Assembly: GCA_951406725.2 (NCBI GenBank)
Contig: OX597827.1
Span: 56,048,001 to 56,112,000, forward strand
DNA: 64,000 nucleotides
Reading direction: 5' to 3'
DNA from: Octopus vulgaris
Taxonomy: Eukaryota
The translations under genes and the position numbers were made by a program. The notes beneath the pieces were generated by a model, which saw nothing but the letters and a program-made list of their open reading frames with translations, made no database searches and was not told the origin of the DNA. Shown here in pieces: positions 40,236 through 54,630 of the stretch (the first letter of the stretch is position 1; each line of letters begins with the position of its first letter).

Positions 40236-40510
40236 AGAACTAAAGAAGACATTTCAGGTGTGGAAGCAAGGTTTAGAATCAAAGGGCCTTAGAGTCATTG
40301 TTGCAAAAACCAAAGTCCTAGTAAGTATGAAGGCGAACAAATCACAAACCCCTTAAGGTAGATGACCCTGTGAAATCTGCCGAAAAAGGTGTTGGTAGAG
40401 ACTCCTTAAGATATACCCAGTGTAAGCTATGGACACCTAGGAGGTGCAGCAACATCAAAGTAACGTTAACTGGGAGATAGTTTTTGTGTGTGGCAGATGC
40501 ACTGGGGTAA
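40236..40510 (+). mobile_element. RTE-like LINE RT fragment
   Basis: WKQGLESKGLRV..AKTKV followed by a Cys-rich C..C.KGVG...C..W insert. Confidence 0.65.
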
Positions 40511-40918
40511 TAAACATATATATAAAATAAGCCTATTTTCTTTATGTCATAGAATCAATATTCAACAGATTTTCATGAAAATCCAGTGGTTTGTTTACAT
40601 TCCTGTAACATTGTGATTTGGCAAAAAAAACAAATAGAATAAGTACCAGGCTTTAAAAAACAGAAAAGAGTACTGAGGGTTGACTTATTCAACTAAGGCT
40701 ATTGTAGATGACACTTTCCCAGGGTGCCATAAAATTGAACCTAACCCTAGAATTTTTAAGATGAACGGTTTAGGTTGGTTGGTCGACTGGCTGGTTGTAT
40801 AAATGACAGTAGACAGATTTTCATGTGAACACATGAGCACAATCTATCTGTACAACAATGCTATTCCTGTACCAGAGGAAAATGTTATTTTGTATTGTTT
40901 TATCTTATTTAATTTTAG

Positions 40919-41093
40919 ATTCACACGTGTGTATGATTATACTGATTTTTATGAGAAGGTTTATCTTCTGAAGGAGCACACTTTCAACCAAAGAACTCGA
41001 TTAATTGACCTTCTTGATATAAGCCGCCAAGTTAACTACACCTTGATGTATTACCCCCGCATGGCCAAGCTGGAAAATACAAGAGACATCAGT
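40919..41093 (+). CDS. Exon E of the same gene
   Basis: ttttag|A ... AGT|gtaagt; 175 nt, phase 2 to 0; FTRVYDYTDFYEKVYLLKE...LENTRDIS. Confidence 0.88.
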
Positions 41094-41208
41094 GTAAGTA
41101 AAGAAATTTTCTATACTTACTCTGCGGTACCATGGCCTCTTACTATCATCTTGGGTTAACCGGTGACTTCTGAGTGAATTTGGTAGGCGGAAACACTCTA
41201 CAAAGCCC

Positions 41209-41246
<38 letters not shown>

Positions 41247-41546
41247 ATGCATGTGTGTGTGCATGTACATGGGTGCATGTACATGTGTGTGAGTGCATGT
41301 ATGTGTGCATGCATGTGTGTGCATGTACATGCACGTGTGTGCATGTGCATGGGTGCATGTACATGTGTGTGTGTTTTGTGTGTGAGTGCATGTGAATGTA
41401 TGCATGCATACATGTGTGTGAGTGCGTGTGCATTGTGTATGTGTGCATGTGCATGTGCATGTGTGCATGCATCCATGTGTGCATGCATCCATGTGTGTGC
41501 ATGAGTGTGTGTGCATGAATGCATGTGCATGTGTGTGTCTGCATAC

Positions 41547-41591
<45 letters not shown>

Positions 41592-42566
41592 ATGTGAATG
41601 TGCTTACAAATCTAGCTTCTTAACCATTTGCCCATGCTGCACCCATGCTTTCACTTCTACATATAGGTGCAAGCGTAGCTATGGGGTTAAGAAGCTTATT
41701 TTGCAACCATCTGCTTTCAGGTTCAGTTCCACTATGCAGCACCTTGGGCAAGTATCTTCTGCTATAATCACAAAGCCCCGAGCCATCCAATGCTTTATGA
41801 GTGAATTTGGTGGGTGGAAACTATGTGGAAGCTTGTTGTGTTTTTGCTTGTCCACCCCACCACTTAAGAACTATTGTTAGTTTGTTTATGTCTCCATGAA
41901 TTAGCGATCTGTCATAAGAAACCGATAGAATAAGTACTAGGCTTAAAATTCTGTACTGGGCTTGATTTACACTTCAAGGGAGAGCCCCAGCATGGCCACA
42001 GTCAAATGACTGAAATAAATAAAAGATAAAAGGCAAACGATAAACTGAGCTATTGAAAGTTAAGTGTTGATTATATTATCATCATTATTATTATTATTAT
42101 TAAGGTGGCAAGCTGGCAGAATCGTTACCATGCCGGGTGAAATGCTTAGCAGTATTTTGTCTGCTGCTACATTCTGAGTTCAAATTCCACCAAGGTTGAA
42201 CTTGGCCTTTCATCTTTTTGGGGTTGATAAAAAAAATTACCAGTTGAGCACTGGGGTCCATATAATCAACTTACCCCCTTGTGCAAAGCTACTGGCCTTG
42301 TGCCAAAATGTGAAACATATAACATCATTTAACATCCTTTTTCCATGCTAGCATGGGTTGGCTGGTTCAACCGGGGTCTGGGAAGCCAGGATGCTGCACC
42401 AGGCTCCAGTCTGATCTGGCAGTGTTTCTACAGCTGGATACCCTTCCTAATACCAACCACTCTGTGAGTGTAGTGGGTGCATTTTACGTGCCACCAGTAC
42501 ATATATATTTATACATACATATATGCATATATATATACACATATGTATACATACATATATATACAA

Positions 42567-42677
<111 letters not shown>

Positions 42678-42771
42678 AATATATACATACATATATATAC
42701 ATATATATAAGCATATATATAAATACAGACATATATATATATATATACATATACAGAATTATATACACATA

Positions 42772-42821
<50 letters not shown>

Positions 42822-43624
42822 GGAGTGACTGTGTGGTAAGTAGCTTGCTTACCAACCAATTGGTTCCGGGTTCAGTCCCACCATGTGGCACCTTGGGCAA
42901 GAGTCTTCTACTATAGCCTTGGGCCAACCAAAGCCTTGTGAGTGGATTTGGTAGATGGAAACTGAAAGAAGCCCATCGTATATATGTACATACATACATA
43001 TATATATGTATGTGTATGTATATGTTTGTAAAAACTAAAACATTGACATCTAAAGATGGTGCTTCTTCTATATAGCTTTAGCCATGATGACTCCAACAAG
43101 ACTAAAGTAAATCATTTTAGCTACATGACTTGGCTGACATACTTTTGTGTTATTTTTTAATATTCATCTGATAGTGATGGTGGTGGAAGTGGACATGGTA
43201 GTAATATCATGGAAATATTGGTTATCCCTTTGACATTTTAAGAGCACATAGCAAATATAAAACAAAGCAAAAAGAAAGACACTCAAAATTTACTCTCAAT
43301 AATTTTATAACTGAACATTTAAATAAAAAAAATATAGGAAAACCAGCTTCTACTTTGATTTCAAACATTGTTATCAACCAGTTCAGTTCTGTCTGTGATG
43401 TTGTCTGTAATGTTCTGGATTTTGGCTTCTAAGATTCTTGGTTTGTTCAGTTGCTTACCAAATCTGGGAATTTTCAGACTCAGTGGATTTTATTATATTA
43501 TGGAGAAGGTACATAAAAATCATACAACTGTTTCATAATAATCACTGTCTTGTGCAATATTCATTATATTTTTGACAATGAATTTTTGAAACCTAACATT
43601 AATTCTAACTACTGATCATTTCAG

Positions 43625-43720
43625 ATAATGAATAGGGACCTTATGGATGAGCAGTACAGCGTAAAAAGCCGAATTCGTAGAATCAACAAAAACATCAATA
43701 ATATTAGAGTGCTACACACT
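43625..43720 (+). CDS. Exon F of the same gene
   Basis: tttcag|ATA ... ACT|gtaagt; 96 nt, phase 0 to 0; IMNRDLMDEQYSVKSRIRRINKNINNIRVLHT. Confidence 0.85.
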
Positions 43721-45055
43721 GTAAGTGGTTTCTTATTGTTTTGTTTTAAATTTTATTATATTAATATTAAATAAAAATTCATTTATGCATGGCAAGTTCA
43801 TGATGATCAATTAGTACTCAATTATAAACACCATCTGGGAATCAGTTTGGAGGAATAAGGACTAGGAAATCTTTTCCTTTGAAATCTGAAATATTATGCT
43901 CACTTAAAAGTTGTTCCGTATTCATCTATTTTCCCTCTCATTCTCAATCATTCTTAAGAGAACACATACACAGTCCTTATGTAAGGAAGGAGCCGGTTTC
44001 TAACAAAGGTATACAACTTCATCAGTGGAATGTAGAAAACAAAAACAATGTTACCTTTTGAACTTGAGAAAAGTTTTATGTATTTTTACTGTTCTACCTA
44101 CAGATTGTATTTGTAACATGTGAATTAGCTGGTTGATTTTTTTTTTCTCAAAACCTTAGCTTTTCTACATTGTTACTGAGACATTTACTCACAAAACCAA
44201 GTACATGAATTATTATTGGTATAAAAATGAATTTATAGTCTGGGTGTAGATGCTGAAGGCTTCAAAGAAATATTCACATCAGCAGGGCAGCAGAGTTCTA
44301 TCACAGTGTGTGTGATACACTTGTTTGTCCTATTCAAGGATATCTTATTTCTTTACTACCCACAAGGGGCTAAACACAGAAGGGACAAACAAGCACCGAC
44401 AAACGGATTAAGTCGATTATATCGACCCCAGTGCATAACTGGTACTTATTTAATCGACCCTGAAAAGATGGAAGGCAAAGTCGACCTCGGCAGAATTTGA
44501 GCTCAGAACATAGCGGCAGACGAAATACCGCTAAGCATTTCGCCCAGCATCCAAACTGTTATGTTTGCACTTGGTAGAAGTTTTGATGGGAATATTTTAC
44601 CACTATTCCTTATGTTGATGTTAATTTACATTTTGAATAACAAGGGTGTTCTCAATATTTATCCCAGGATAGTCTTTTTTCCAGATGGCATTGTATTTCG
44701 TTTTAGTGATAACACCATGTCACATTGGTGGGGTAATACCTTGATGACATCTTTGAAGGGCTGCTGACCACATGTTTAATGTCTTCCACAAATATGTGAA
44801 ATAACTGACATTTTCGGTTGCATCTTGCAGTTCCAACGACTTGACTGTCTAAAGAAATATTTTCTCTATATTTAAAAGCATTATAGGCTTACTGTATTTT
44901 AGATAAGTTTATATTTCTCTTAATAATTAATAGAACTTATCTGCTTAAGGGCTATGATTTACATTCCACTGATAACGATGTTTCTGATAGTGAAGTTAAA
45001 AAATGTGGAACATATTGGCATGTACATACATGTGTACACACACACACACACAAAT

Positions 45056-45087
<32 letters not shown>

Positions 45088-45700
45088 ACACAAACAAACA
45101 ATTGCACACACATATGCTGAAACACATACACACACACACACATGGAAGTCAACTTGTGACAGAGTAAGACTACTTTGTAAAGAGATGATTGCTGTCTCTT
45201 TGAGCTTCCTTGTTGTAATGGCATTTCTGACCTTCCATCCATGACCTTTCAGATGACTATTCAGTCCCACTGCAGATCTACAAGGTGTTTGAAGTATGGC
45301 TGACAAAAAGTTGTAACTTCCACTGGATTGACCAGATCACTTTGTGAGATATAATCTCTGTGAAACCACCGTATGTCTCTTCAGTCCTAAAATTGATTTG
45401 CAAGCCCTTTCACCCACTGCACACAAACACACACATACACACACACACATGCACACACACACACAGAGGGCCTCCTTCTATCAGAGCTGACCATGCTATT
45501 TTCAGCTCAGCTGGAGCAGCATCTCTGGTGGCTAAACAGACCAATGCATGAGTGACAGTCTCTGTCACATAGAGCATATCTGTATACGGTCTTAGGTCTG
45601 TAGAGTTACTGTGCTCTTTTTGTCAAGCTTGCTTGTCTGCAGCTTTGCTCATTAACCTCTTCCCCATGACTCAAGGTGTTCATTTAGGGTGCTCCTCCAT

Positions 45701-45732
<32 letters not shown>

Positions 45733-46128
45733 GCATACTAGACTTCCACATAGAGTCCATCTGCCAAATTCTACTCTCAGAGTGTTGGTCAACTCCAGTC
45801 TCTAGTAAGGAACATTTACCTAAGTTACATTGAAGTAGGACTCTCTCTGATTGTTAACTTCTTAAGCACTTGTCAATGCTTGGTTTATTTTTGTTTTCAA
45901 GACATGTGATCCAATTTCAATTGATGTTATAGATTCTGATGGCTGGATGTTTTAATGTTTCTAGTGAATCTTTTTACGTGACACAGTATTTACTAGGTTC
46001 AGCTTATTTGTAGCTCATTAACCTACATTTGCAGGCGTTGATTCAGTTGTTTTTATGGTCGTTTAATATGATGAAAGTATATTATGAGAATCAGGTCATC
46101 AACACGTATAACCTATAAAGAACAACAA

Positions 46129-46160
<32 letters not shown>

Positions 46161-46359
46161 TTATGTTTACATACACGCACACACATATGTATAACATTTG
46201 TGTGTGTGTGTGTGTGGTGAGAAGTTTGCTTCCCAATCACATAGTTCAATCCCATTCTATGGAATCTTGGGAAAGTGTCTTCTGTTATAGTCCTGGGCTG
46301 ACAAAGCCCTGTTAGCGAATCTAGTAGATGGAAATTGAAAGAAGCTTCTTGTAATATGT

Positions 46360-46655
46360 AATAATAATGAAATTATTGTATACAGTGCTCAGGTGCACCA
46401 CAACTTATCAAAAGTGCGTATAAAGCATATGCAGTAATGTACAAATGTCTGGAGAGTGAACAGTGTATGAGTCAGATACATGCTTGCGTGTGTATGGAGG
46501 GGAGAAAATCAGGTGTAGTGTTGGTGAATTTCAGGAAGCATGGAAGTTTTGAAGGATGCAGTGCTCCGACAACTAACAACTGATGTCAGCAGTTTGTTCC
46601 ATGCTTCAGCAACTCTTAGCATGAAAAAATGTTTCTGAAAGTCATGGGAGCTGTG

Positions 46656-46660
<5 letters not shown>
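46360..46660 (-). mobile_element. CR1-like LINE 3' end (related piece at ~48200-48300)
   Basis: HFFMLRVAEAWNKL..SVV....ASFK, typical CR1 C-terminus. Confidence 0.7.
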
Positions 46661-46697
<37 letters not shown>

Positions 46698-48155
46698 TTC
46701 TGTCTTCTTGCCTTGGTATCGTGTGATAGTCATAAACAAGTGTCACCATTGTGCAGACAGTGTCCTTCATTTCCAATATTCTATGAAACTTGTCTGGTCA
46801 TTAAGGAATATTACCTTATTTAGAAACAGGTGAGGGTTGGCAACGGGAAGAGCATCTAGCTGTAGAAAATTGACCTCAACAAATTCCATTATGGAAAAGT
46901 GAACATTAAATCAATGGTGATGATGATGATGATGATTATTATTGTAGTGTTGCCTGCTGATATCTTATGTCACCTTTGTTGTGTGTTGTTTTAACCAATC
47001 ATAGACTATTAATCTGTGGAGACATGTTTTCTATGAAGGCATGTGAACAATCTACTTTGATCTTTCTCCATCCCTTGGTGCTCATTAACACTACGGAAAT
47101 CCATCTCACCACTTACTCTTTTACTTGTTTCAGTTATTTGACTGTGGCCATGCTGGAGCACCTCCTTTAGTTGAGCAAATCGACCCCAGGACTTATTCTT
47201 TGTAAGCCTAATACTTATTCTATCGGTCTCTTTTGCTGAACCGTTAAGTTACGGGAACGTAAACACACAAACATCGGTTGTCAAGCGATATTGGGGGAAT
47301 AAACACAAACACACATATACACACACGTACACACATATATATATATGTACATATATACGATGGGCTTCTTTCAGTTTCTGTCTACCAAATCCACTCACAA
47401 GGCTTTGGTCGGCCCAAGGCTATAGTAGAAGACACATGCCCAAGGTGCCACACAGTGGGACTGAACCCAGAACCATGTGGTTGGTAAGCAAGTTACTTAC
47501 CACACAGCCACTCCTTGCATTCATTCCTCAGGTGTTATTTTGTTTACATTATATTTTCTCTTCATAACAGTTTACCTCTACTTTGTCCTGGCCTCAACAG
47601 TACTTCTGTACTTATATTTAACTTGCTTATGTACTTATATTCTCAACAGTACTCATATTTAACTTTACAATATAAGTTATCCTATTTGTTCAAAAACATG
47701 AAAAGTATTTATGTCCATTTTCCATAACATTTCTACTACATAAATTATCTTAATTGTTGATATACATTTTAATAATAGTGTTCATTAACCGTTACAAAGC
47801 AGTATCTAAACTATCCGTAACTAAATTGTTTATTCAACCTATATTTTGTAACAAGATGGTGTGGAAATGCTGCTGAATTATTTTACTTACAAGATCTGTT
47901 CACATCTTTTTTTTTTCTGTCTGAAAAGAAAATTAAATGCATTGAACATGTTATATCTGTGAACTGACTTTTAAGTCTCATATTTGTCTATTTGTCTGCT
48001 TGCTTCCCATCACACGCACACACACACACATGCATGTGCATACACAGAGAGACATATATTCCTATAAAAAAATAGAGGCCAACTATCAAAAATAGCCCAG
48101 ACTTAGGCCAATGGCTAATATAACTTGACTACCATTACTGTTGCTACCACTATTA

Positions 48156-48199
<44 letters not shown>

Positions 48200-48374
48200 A
48201 TAATAATGAAATTATTGTATACAGTGCTCAGGTGTACCACAACTTGTCAGAAAGTGCATATAAAGTACATGCAGTAGTGTAGAAATGTCTGGAAAGTGAA
48301 CATGCTTGTGTGTATATCAAGTGTAATGCATGTGCATGTGTTTTCGTGTGTGAGTGCATGTATACATGCATATG

Positions 48375-48420
<46 letters not shown>

Positions 48421-48450
48421 TATATATATACATGTATGTATAAATGCATC

Positions 48451-48481
<31 letters not shown>

Positions 48482-48929
48482 AGTTAATTAGAGGATATAT
48501 AAATCTCTTAAAGGGATGATTACATCCAAGATCACACTGGTTCTATCCCTTATATTTCTGGGAAACAAAATTCCCTAAATCAATAGGTGTATATTAAGCA
48601 TATAATTCATATTCAATTAAGAGAAAAAAATGGGGAGTTAATGGTTAATAATTAGTTTATTAATAAATTGATAATAATTCCTACAACTGTTTCAATTTGT
48701 ACTCAGACAATAAATTACAAATTTATGCGATAAATTTGCATTTACAAGTTGTGAGCAAAATATTGATCATTTGCCCTAGATACTTTATATCTGGCATGAA
48801 AAATTGGCATTTTTACTCATTAAGTTTAAGTCTATACTCCTTTATTCTTTCAAAGAACTTTTTAACATGTTCCTCATGCTGGCCTTGAAACTTACATTTT
48901 ATGAGTATGTCATCCAAGTAAGCTATAAC

Positions 48930-51125
48930 AAAATACATATTTGCAAGCATAGTCTCTATCACCTGTTGGAAAATACTAGGTGCCATCTTTATCCCAAAAG
49001 GAAGTCGGATTGAATTAATATAGACCTTTATGGGTGTTTATCGTCAATAATTTTGAACATTCCTCCTTGACTTGTAACTGTAAATACGCCTCTGACAAGT
49101 CCAACATTGAAAAAAATTTTCCCCCATTGAGTTTTGCAAAAATTTCCTCCAAACTTGGTAATCAGTAATTGTATGTCATCAAACATTCATTCAATCCTGT
49201 TGAAAAGTCAACGCATATTCATTTTTTTTTTTCTCTGTACATAAATAGTTGGTGATGCCCATTTTGAATAATCAATTTTTTCTATAACTCTAAGCTTTTC
49301 TAGTCTATCCAATTCCTTGTTGACTTGATTCAATGCCATGAAAGGTACAGCTCGCTTTGGTTTAAATACCAGTACAGCATTTTCTTTCACTTGAAATTTT
49401 GCTTTTGTCTTGGTGCACCTACCTAATTCTTCAGAAAAACATCACGAAAAATCCTTTTTAATTTCTCTTTTAAATTCTCCAACACCTTATTTGAACTGGC
49501 TTAAGAACCTTTTATATGTTTCAGTCATTTGACTGTGGCCATGTTGGAGCACCACTTTTAGTCGAACAAATCAACATTTAGTCAAACACACCAACATCGG
49601 TTGTCAAGTGATGGTGAGGGTGACAAATACAGACACACAAACATATATACATATACACACATATACAATGGGCTTCTTTCAGTTCCCATCTGCCAATTCC
49701 ACTCACGAGGCTTTGGTCAGCCCGAGTCTATAGTAGAAGACACTTGCCCAAATTGCCACGCAGTGGGACTGAACCTGAAACCATGTGTTTGGTAAGCAAA
49801 CTACTTACCACACAGCCACTCCTGCACCTGAACTGTTTAAATTATTACAAAACATATTTATGGGGAGGTCAGTCCCATAAATTTAATAGTTCCATCCAGT
49901 CTGTGCCAGATAGGTTTGTCATATTTTTTTAATACAAAAACTTTGTCTTTCAAAGTTTCTCCATGAAATGTCACCTCACTTACCACTTCACCCAAAAATC
50001 ACAATTGTTTCCCTGAAATACCTCACAATTTTCAAAGTTTTTTTCAACGTAGGTTTTCCTATTTTTCTCCATGTATTATCATTAATTATCATGATATCAC
50101 TACCTGTGTCCTACTGTAGTCTCATATTCACATTATTTATTTTTATGGAGACAAATTTTCTTTTTTGTGCCTCACTTTGCATTTGTGTTGACAATGCTTT
50201 TTCCTCGAATTATTTCGTTGGACCTTTTTGTTTCACCCAACAATATGAATTCTTATGTCCGATTTTTCCACATCCAAAACATTTTAGATTTTTAAAAGGA
50301 CAGTTTCTTTTAAAATGTATTTCTCTACACCCATAGCATGCTTTGGGTCTTGACTGTTGTTTTTGTTATCTGTTACAGGTCAACTCATATGTATATTTGA
50401 ATAATCTTTTTCAATTTTTTTCTGCATCCTGTCATAAATCTATAATCCTTTGGCATTCCTCAGCCACTGCCCGTTGAGTTAGTTTCAAATCTTGTTCTAG
50501 TTTTGTCAATATCCAAGCCTGTATCTCTGCATCTTTGCTTGCAGTTAATCCTTGTACAAAGATTAGACATTTGAACATGTCCAGGGTTAATTCATTTAGT
50601 TTAGATTTTTCACATTCTCTGTTTACGATTCCAGCATACGTGATGAAATCTTCAGTTTCTTTTTTTTTTTTTTTTTTTTTCAAGCACTCACAGTAAATAG
50701 TGAACTTTTTTACTGAATATTTTAGATAACAAGTTAATTGTTTCCTCGAAACAAATTTCAAATGGCTTTCTCGGCAGGATGTAATTACAATACTTTTCAT
50801 GTTCTGCGGGTGATAATTCCTTAAATGAAACCGTACGTTCCATCCAGTTTCTACATTCTTCTTTGAAGATTCCTTCATACCTTCTGCAGTATGCAGAAAA
50901 CATAGTCCCTTCTGGATTATAAGTAAATTCTTCAATTGAATTAGCAACTCTGTCTTCCAAAAACGAACCTGAAATGTTTTTGGACTGCAACAATAATTCC
51001 AACAACTGTTGATTTTGCTGTTGTTGTAGTTGCTGTTTCTGTTGCTGTTGTTGTTGTTGTTGTTGTAGTTACTGTTGCAACTGTACCACAGAAGCTAATA
51101 GGTCTTCCATGCTAAGAATGTCCAT
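48930..51125 (-). mobile_element. Decayed Ty3/gypsy LTR retrotransposon gag-protease-RT (K02A2.6/Mag-like), interrupted by a SINE at ~49520-49828
   Basis: Poly-Q gag start, EFTYNPE...YEGIFKEEC, FITYAGIVNRECE...FKCLIFVQGL; RT start RAVPF...ELDRLEKL.VIEKIDYSKWASP. Confidence 0.85.
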
Positions 51126-51129
51126 AGTG

Positions 51130-51432
51130 AGGCATAGGAGTGGCTGTGTGGTAAGTAGCTTGCTTACCAACCACAGGGTTCCGGGTTCAGTCCCACTGCG
51201 TGACACCTTGGGCAAGTGTTTTCTACTATAGCCTCGGGCCGACCAAAGCCGTGTGAGTGGATTTGGTAGACGGAAACTGAAAGAAGCTCGTCGCATATAT
51301 ATGTGTGTGTGTTTGCGTGTCTGTCTTTGTCCCCCCCAACATCGCTTGACCGATGCTGGTGTGTCTACATCCTCGTAACTTAGCAGTTCAGCAAAAGAGA
51401 CCGATAGAATAAGTACTAGGCTTACAAAGAAT
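51130..51432 (+). mobile_element. CORE-type tRNA-derived SINE; about 15 copies in the window (e.g. 6075, 10020-10150, 27885-28518, 33683-34290, 42820, 47115-47515, 53228-53622, 63930)
   Basis: GGAGTGGCTGTGTGGTAAG...GGTTCAGTCCC...ACCTTGGGCAAGT (CORE-like), internal (TA/CA)n, shared 3' tail. Confidence 0.85.
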
Positions 51433-51532
51433 AAAATTTCTTGTCAGTTGTTTACTGGTGGTGGTGGTGGTGGTGGTGGCAGAGGCAGTGATGATAAAAA
51501 TGATGATTTTTTTAAAATTTTATTTTTTTCAG

Positions 51533-51708
51533 TCATGTCGATTAAAACTACATCATCTTCTTGAAATTGACTTTGCTGCTGTTATAAAGACGCATGTGGC
51601 AAAAAGGAAACCTTTTACAGAAGCAGAAAAAAGACAGGTGAGAAAATGGGCATCTGAAGTCAAGGAGCACATGTCAGATATAGATGATGTTATGGAAGTC
51701 ATCCACTG
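51533..51708 (+). CDS. Exon G of the same gene
   Basis: ttttttcag|TCA ... CTG|gtaagt; 176 nt, phase 0 to 2; SCRLKLHHLLEIDF...MSDIDDVMEVIH. Confidence 0.88.
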
Positions 51709-52631
51709 GTAAGTTGTACCAATACCACTAGCATACCATCTCATCTATAGTAACATCATAACCATGCAGTTAAGTTTATGTTAACATATTAAATGCTGGG
51801 AGCAGTAAACAACTGACAAGAAATTTTAAAATTATTAAGGGATAAAAATAACAATATTATCTGTAATATTATTTTCAGTTTCCCAACAAATATGGAAGAC
51901 CACTCTTGACATATTCCAATATTATTCTGACCTCACCAGTAAAGCATAGATTTTAACGTACTTGCTGAAGTACTAAGGAAATATATAATATTTCACATTA
52001 ATTGGCATAAGTACATAAAAATGTTTAGAGCTTAATTTTAAAATACCATTCTCATGAAAAACACCACTCGAATTAATGTTGACATACTTAATGTAGAGAG
52101 TATTAAAGAGTTTACTAGAAATGATTAATATGCAATAAAGAAAAGGGAACAGTATGAATTGATAACTATAATTATTATTTTCATTTCTTGGGGAAATATG
52201 GGAGACAACACTGAACATATTTTTATATCATTCTGACCTCATCAGTAAAACATAACCTTCATTTTATTTGCTAAAGTAGTTATGAACAAACCACTAAATA
52301 AATGTATAAGATTGCACATGATTTGGAATTGGAATGTAGAATTGTTAGATCCCACACCTCAAGCCAACTTTTTCTCTTCCAATCATTTCGGCATGTGGTG
52401 ACCAACTAATTGAGACATGTTTATTTCTCTCTAATTTTTCCTCTCCCCATCTATCCTCTCCATGGAAGAGCGTATGATTGAGACATTTTCCTGAATGTAA
52501 ATTTAATCACCGTTTGTTTTTTTTCTTTACCTCGTCTTCATGTTTTTCTTCAGCAGTCTCTTCTGCTATGGTCTCAGACCAACTAAAGCCTTATGAGTAG
52601 ATTTGATAGAAAGAAACAGAAAGAAGCCTGT

Positions 52632-52662
<31 letters not shown>

Positions 52663-54254
52663 TTGTCTTTGGGTTTGTGTTTGTCCCTCATCACCACTTG
52701 GAAACCAGTGTTGGCTTGTTTACATCCCTGTAATTTTGCTGTTCGCCAAAAGAAACTAACAGAATTAGTACCAGATTTACAAAGATAAGTACCAGGGTCG
52801 ATTAGTTAAGCTAAAACTCGTCAACACAATACTCTAGCATAGCCACAGTACAATGACTAAAATGCATCGTTACTTACTCAAGGTGTCATACAGTGGCACT
52901 TTGATAAAGTAATGTTGCATTTCATGTAATCAGTTCAAACCAGCATCTCATAAATATATTTATTCATTCAAAATATAACCACAGCCATTAACAATAACAT
53001 TTTCCCTCCTCTCAGAAGTTAAAGAGAATGATAACCACATTCCATGAATATCCCAATCTTGTATAAGAAAAAAGAGAAATAAGGAAAGTGTTATACGTAT
53101 AAAGTTTGTTGTAGGTCATACATATATGGGAAGAAAAATGAAGATATCAGTACTAAAAAATTCTATCAAAAGAAAAAAAATCCGTCTTAGGATTTTTCTT
53201 TCTTTCTTTCTTTCTTTCTTTTCTTTTCTTTTACTTGTTTCAGTCATTTGACTGCAGCCATGCTGGAGCACCACCTTCAGTCGAGCAAATCGACCCCAGG
53301 ACTTATTCTTTGTAACCCTAGTACTTATTCTATCGGTTGCTTTTGCCAAACCACTAAGTTATGGAGACATAAACACACCAGCATCGGTTGTCAAACGATG
53401 TTGGGGAGACAAACACAGACATACAAACACACACACACACTCATACATATACATGTATACAACAGGCTTCTTTCAGTTTCTGTCTACCAAATCCACTGAC
53501 TAGGCTTTGGTCAGCCCGAGGCTATAATAGAAAACACTTGCCCAAGGTGCCACACAGTGGGACTGAACCCAAAACCATGTGGTTTGTAAGCAAGATACTT
53601 ACCACACAGCCACTCCTGCACCTAATTTTCCTTACAAATTAATTATTAACATGTTAACCGCCACATGTACTACCAATGGTTCATTGTAAACTTTACACAA
53701 CCACCATATGCACCATCAGTGGTATATTTTTTATAATTTGAGAAAATATCTTATTTTGTATCTTTGACATGGTTATGATAAGATTTAAATGAGTGCTAAA
53801 TATTAACCCTTTAACATTCAGATTACTCTGTCGAATATAATGCTTGTTTATTCACATTGTTTTGAATTAATCGTGCATTATCTCATAGCTTTGAGATTTC
53901 AATGCTGTGATTGTGTAATTTTTCTATGACATTGCAGAGTAAGCGTTAGAAGCTGGACATGGTCAGATTGAATGTAAAACAGGTAGATTGTTTTGGCCAG
54001 ATATGTGCAGTTTAAATGCTAAAGGGCTAGAGTTTAATTATGAAATATTGAAAAAATGCAAAAAGCAATTACATTTCCTTGGAACTGAATAGTATGCAGT
54101 GTGACCGCATGAAATATGTGGTATCATCAGTAAGTTGTAGCAATAGCAATTAAGGTGTTAAATTTGTAACAAGAATTAGAAAAAAGGAAAAGTAAAGCAC
54201 TACCTCTACTGATACATGACAAAATCTTATATCTCTGTGTCTAATATTTTACAG

Positions 54255-54630
54255 GGTACTTCAACCATCATTGAATATGGGAAAAACTACAATAGGGCGT
54301 TTGAATCCCGAAGAACAAAATGATGATAATACTGACCATTTGGAAAGACTGAGAAAAAAAGTCCATTATTGGAAATATCTAAAAAGATACAGAAGCAGTA
54401 AGCAGAGGACAGTTCAAAAAGATGGTATAACTGGTGATGATGGTAGTGGAAGCAATGGCCGTAGTGGTGATGGTCATGGTAGTAAAAGGAATCGATGGAG
54501 AAAAAAGAAGAGAAATTTTTTCAAGAAAATCAGATCTCGTCATCGGAGAGATGTCGCGAATGCTGACCAGAGCATGAGCATTTATGATACTTTTGACGAA
54601 ATTGAGCTAAAACTCAGAGAGATTATCAAG
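54255..54630 (+). CDS. Exon H of the same gene (basic/Gly-Ser insert, RHRR/D site)
   Basis: ttttacag|G ... AAG|gttaga; 376 nt, phase 2 to 0; VLQPSLNMGK...KKIRSRHRRDVAN...KLREIIK. Confidence 0.88.
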
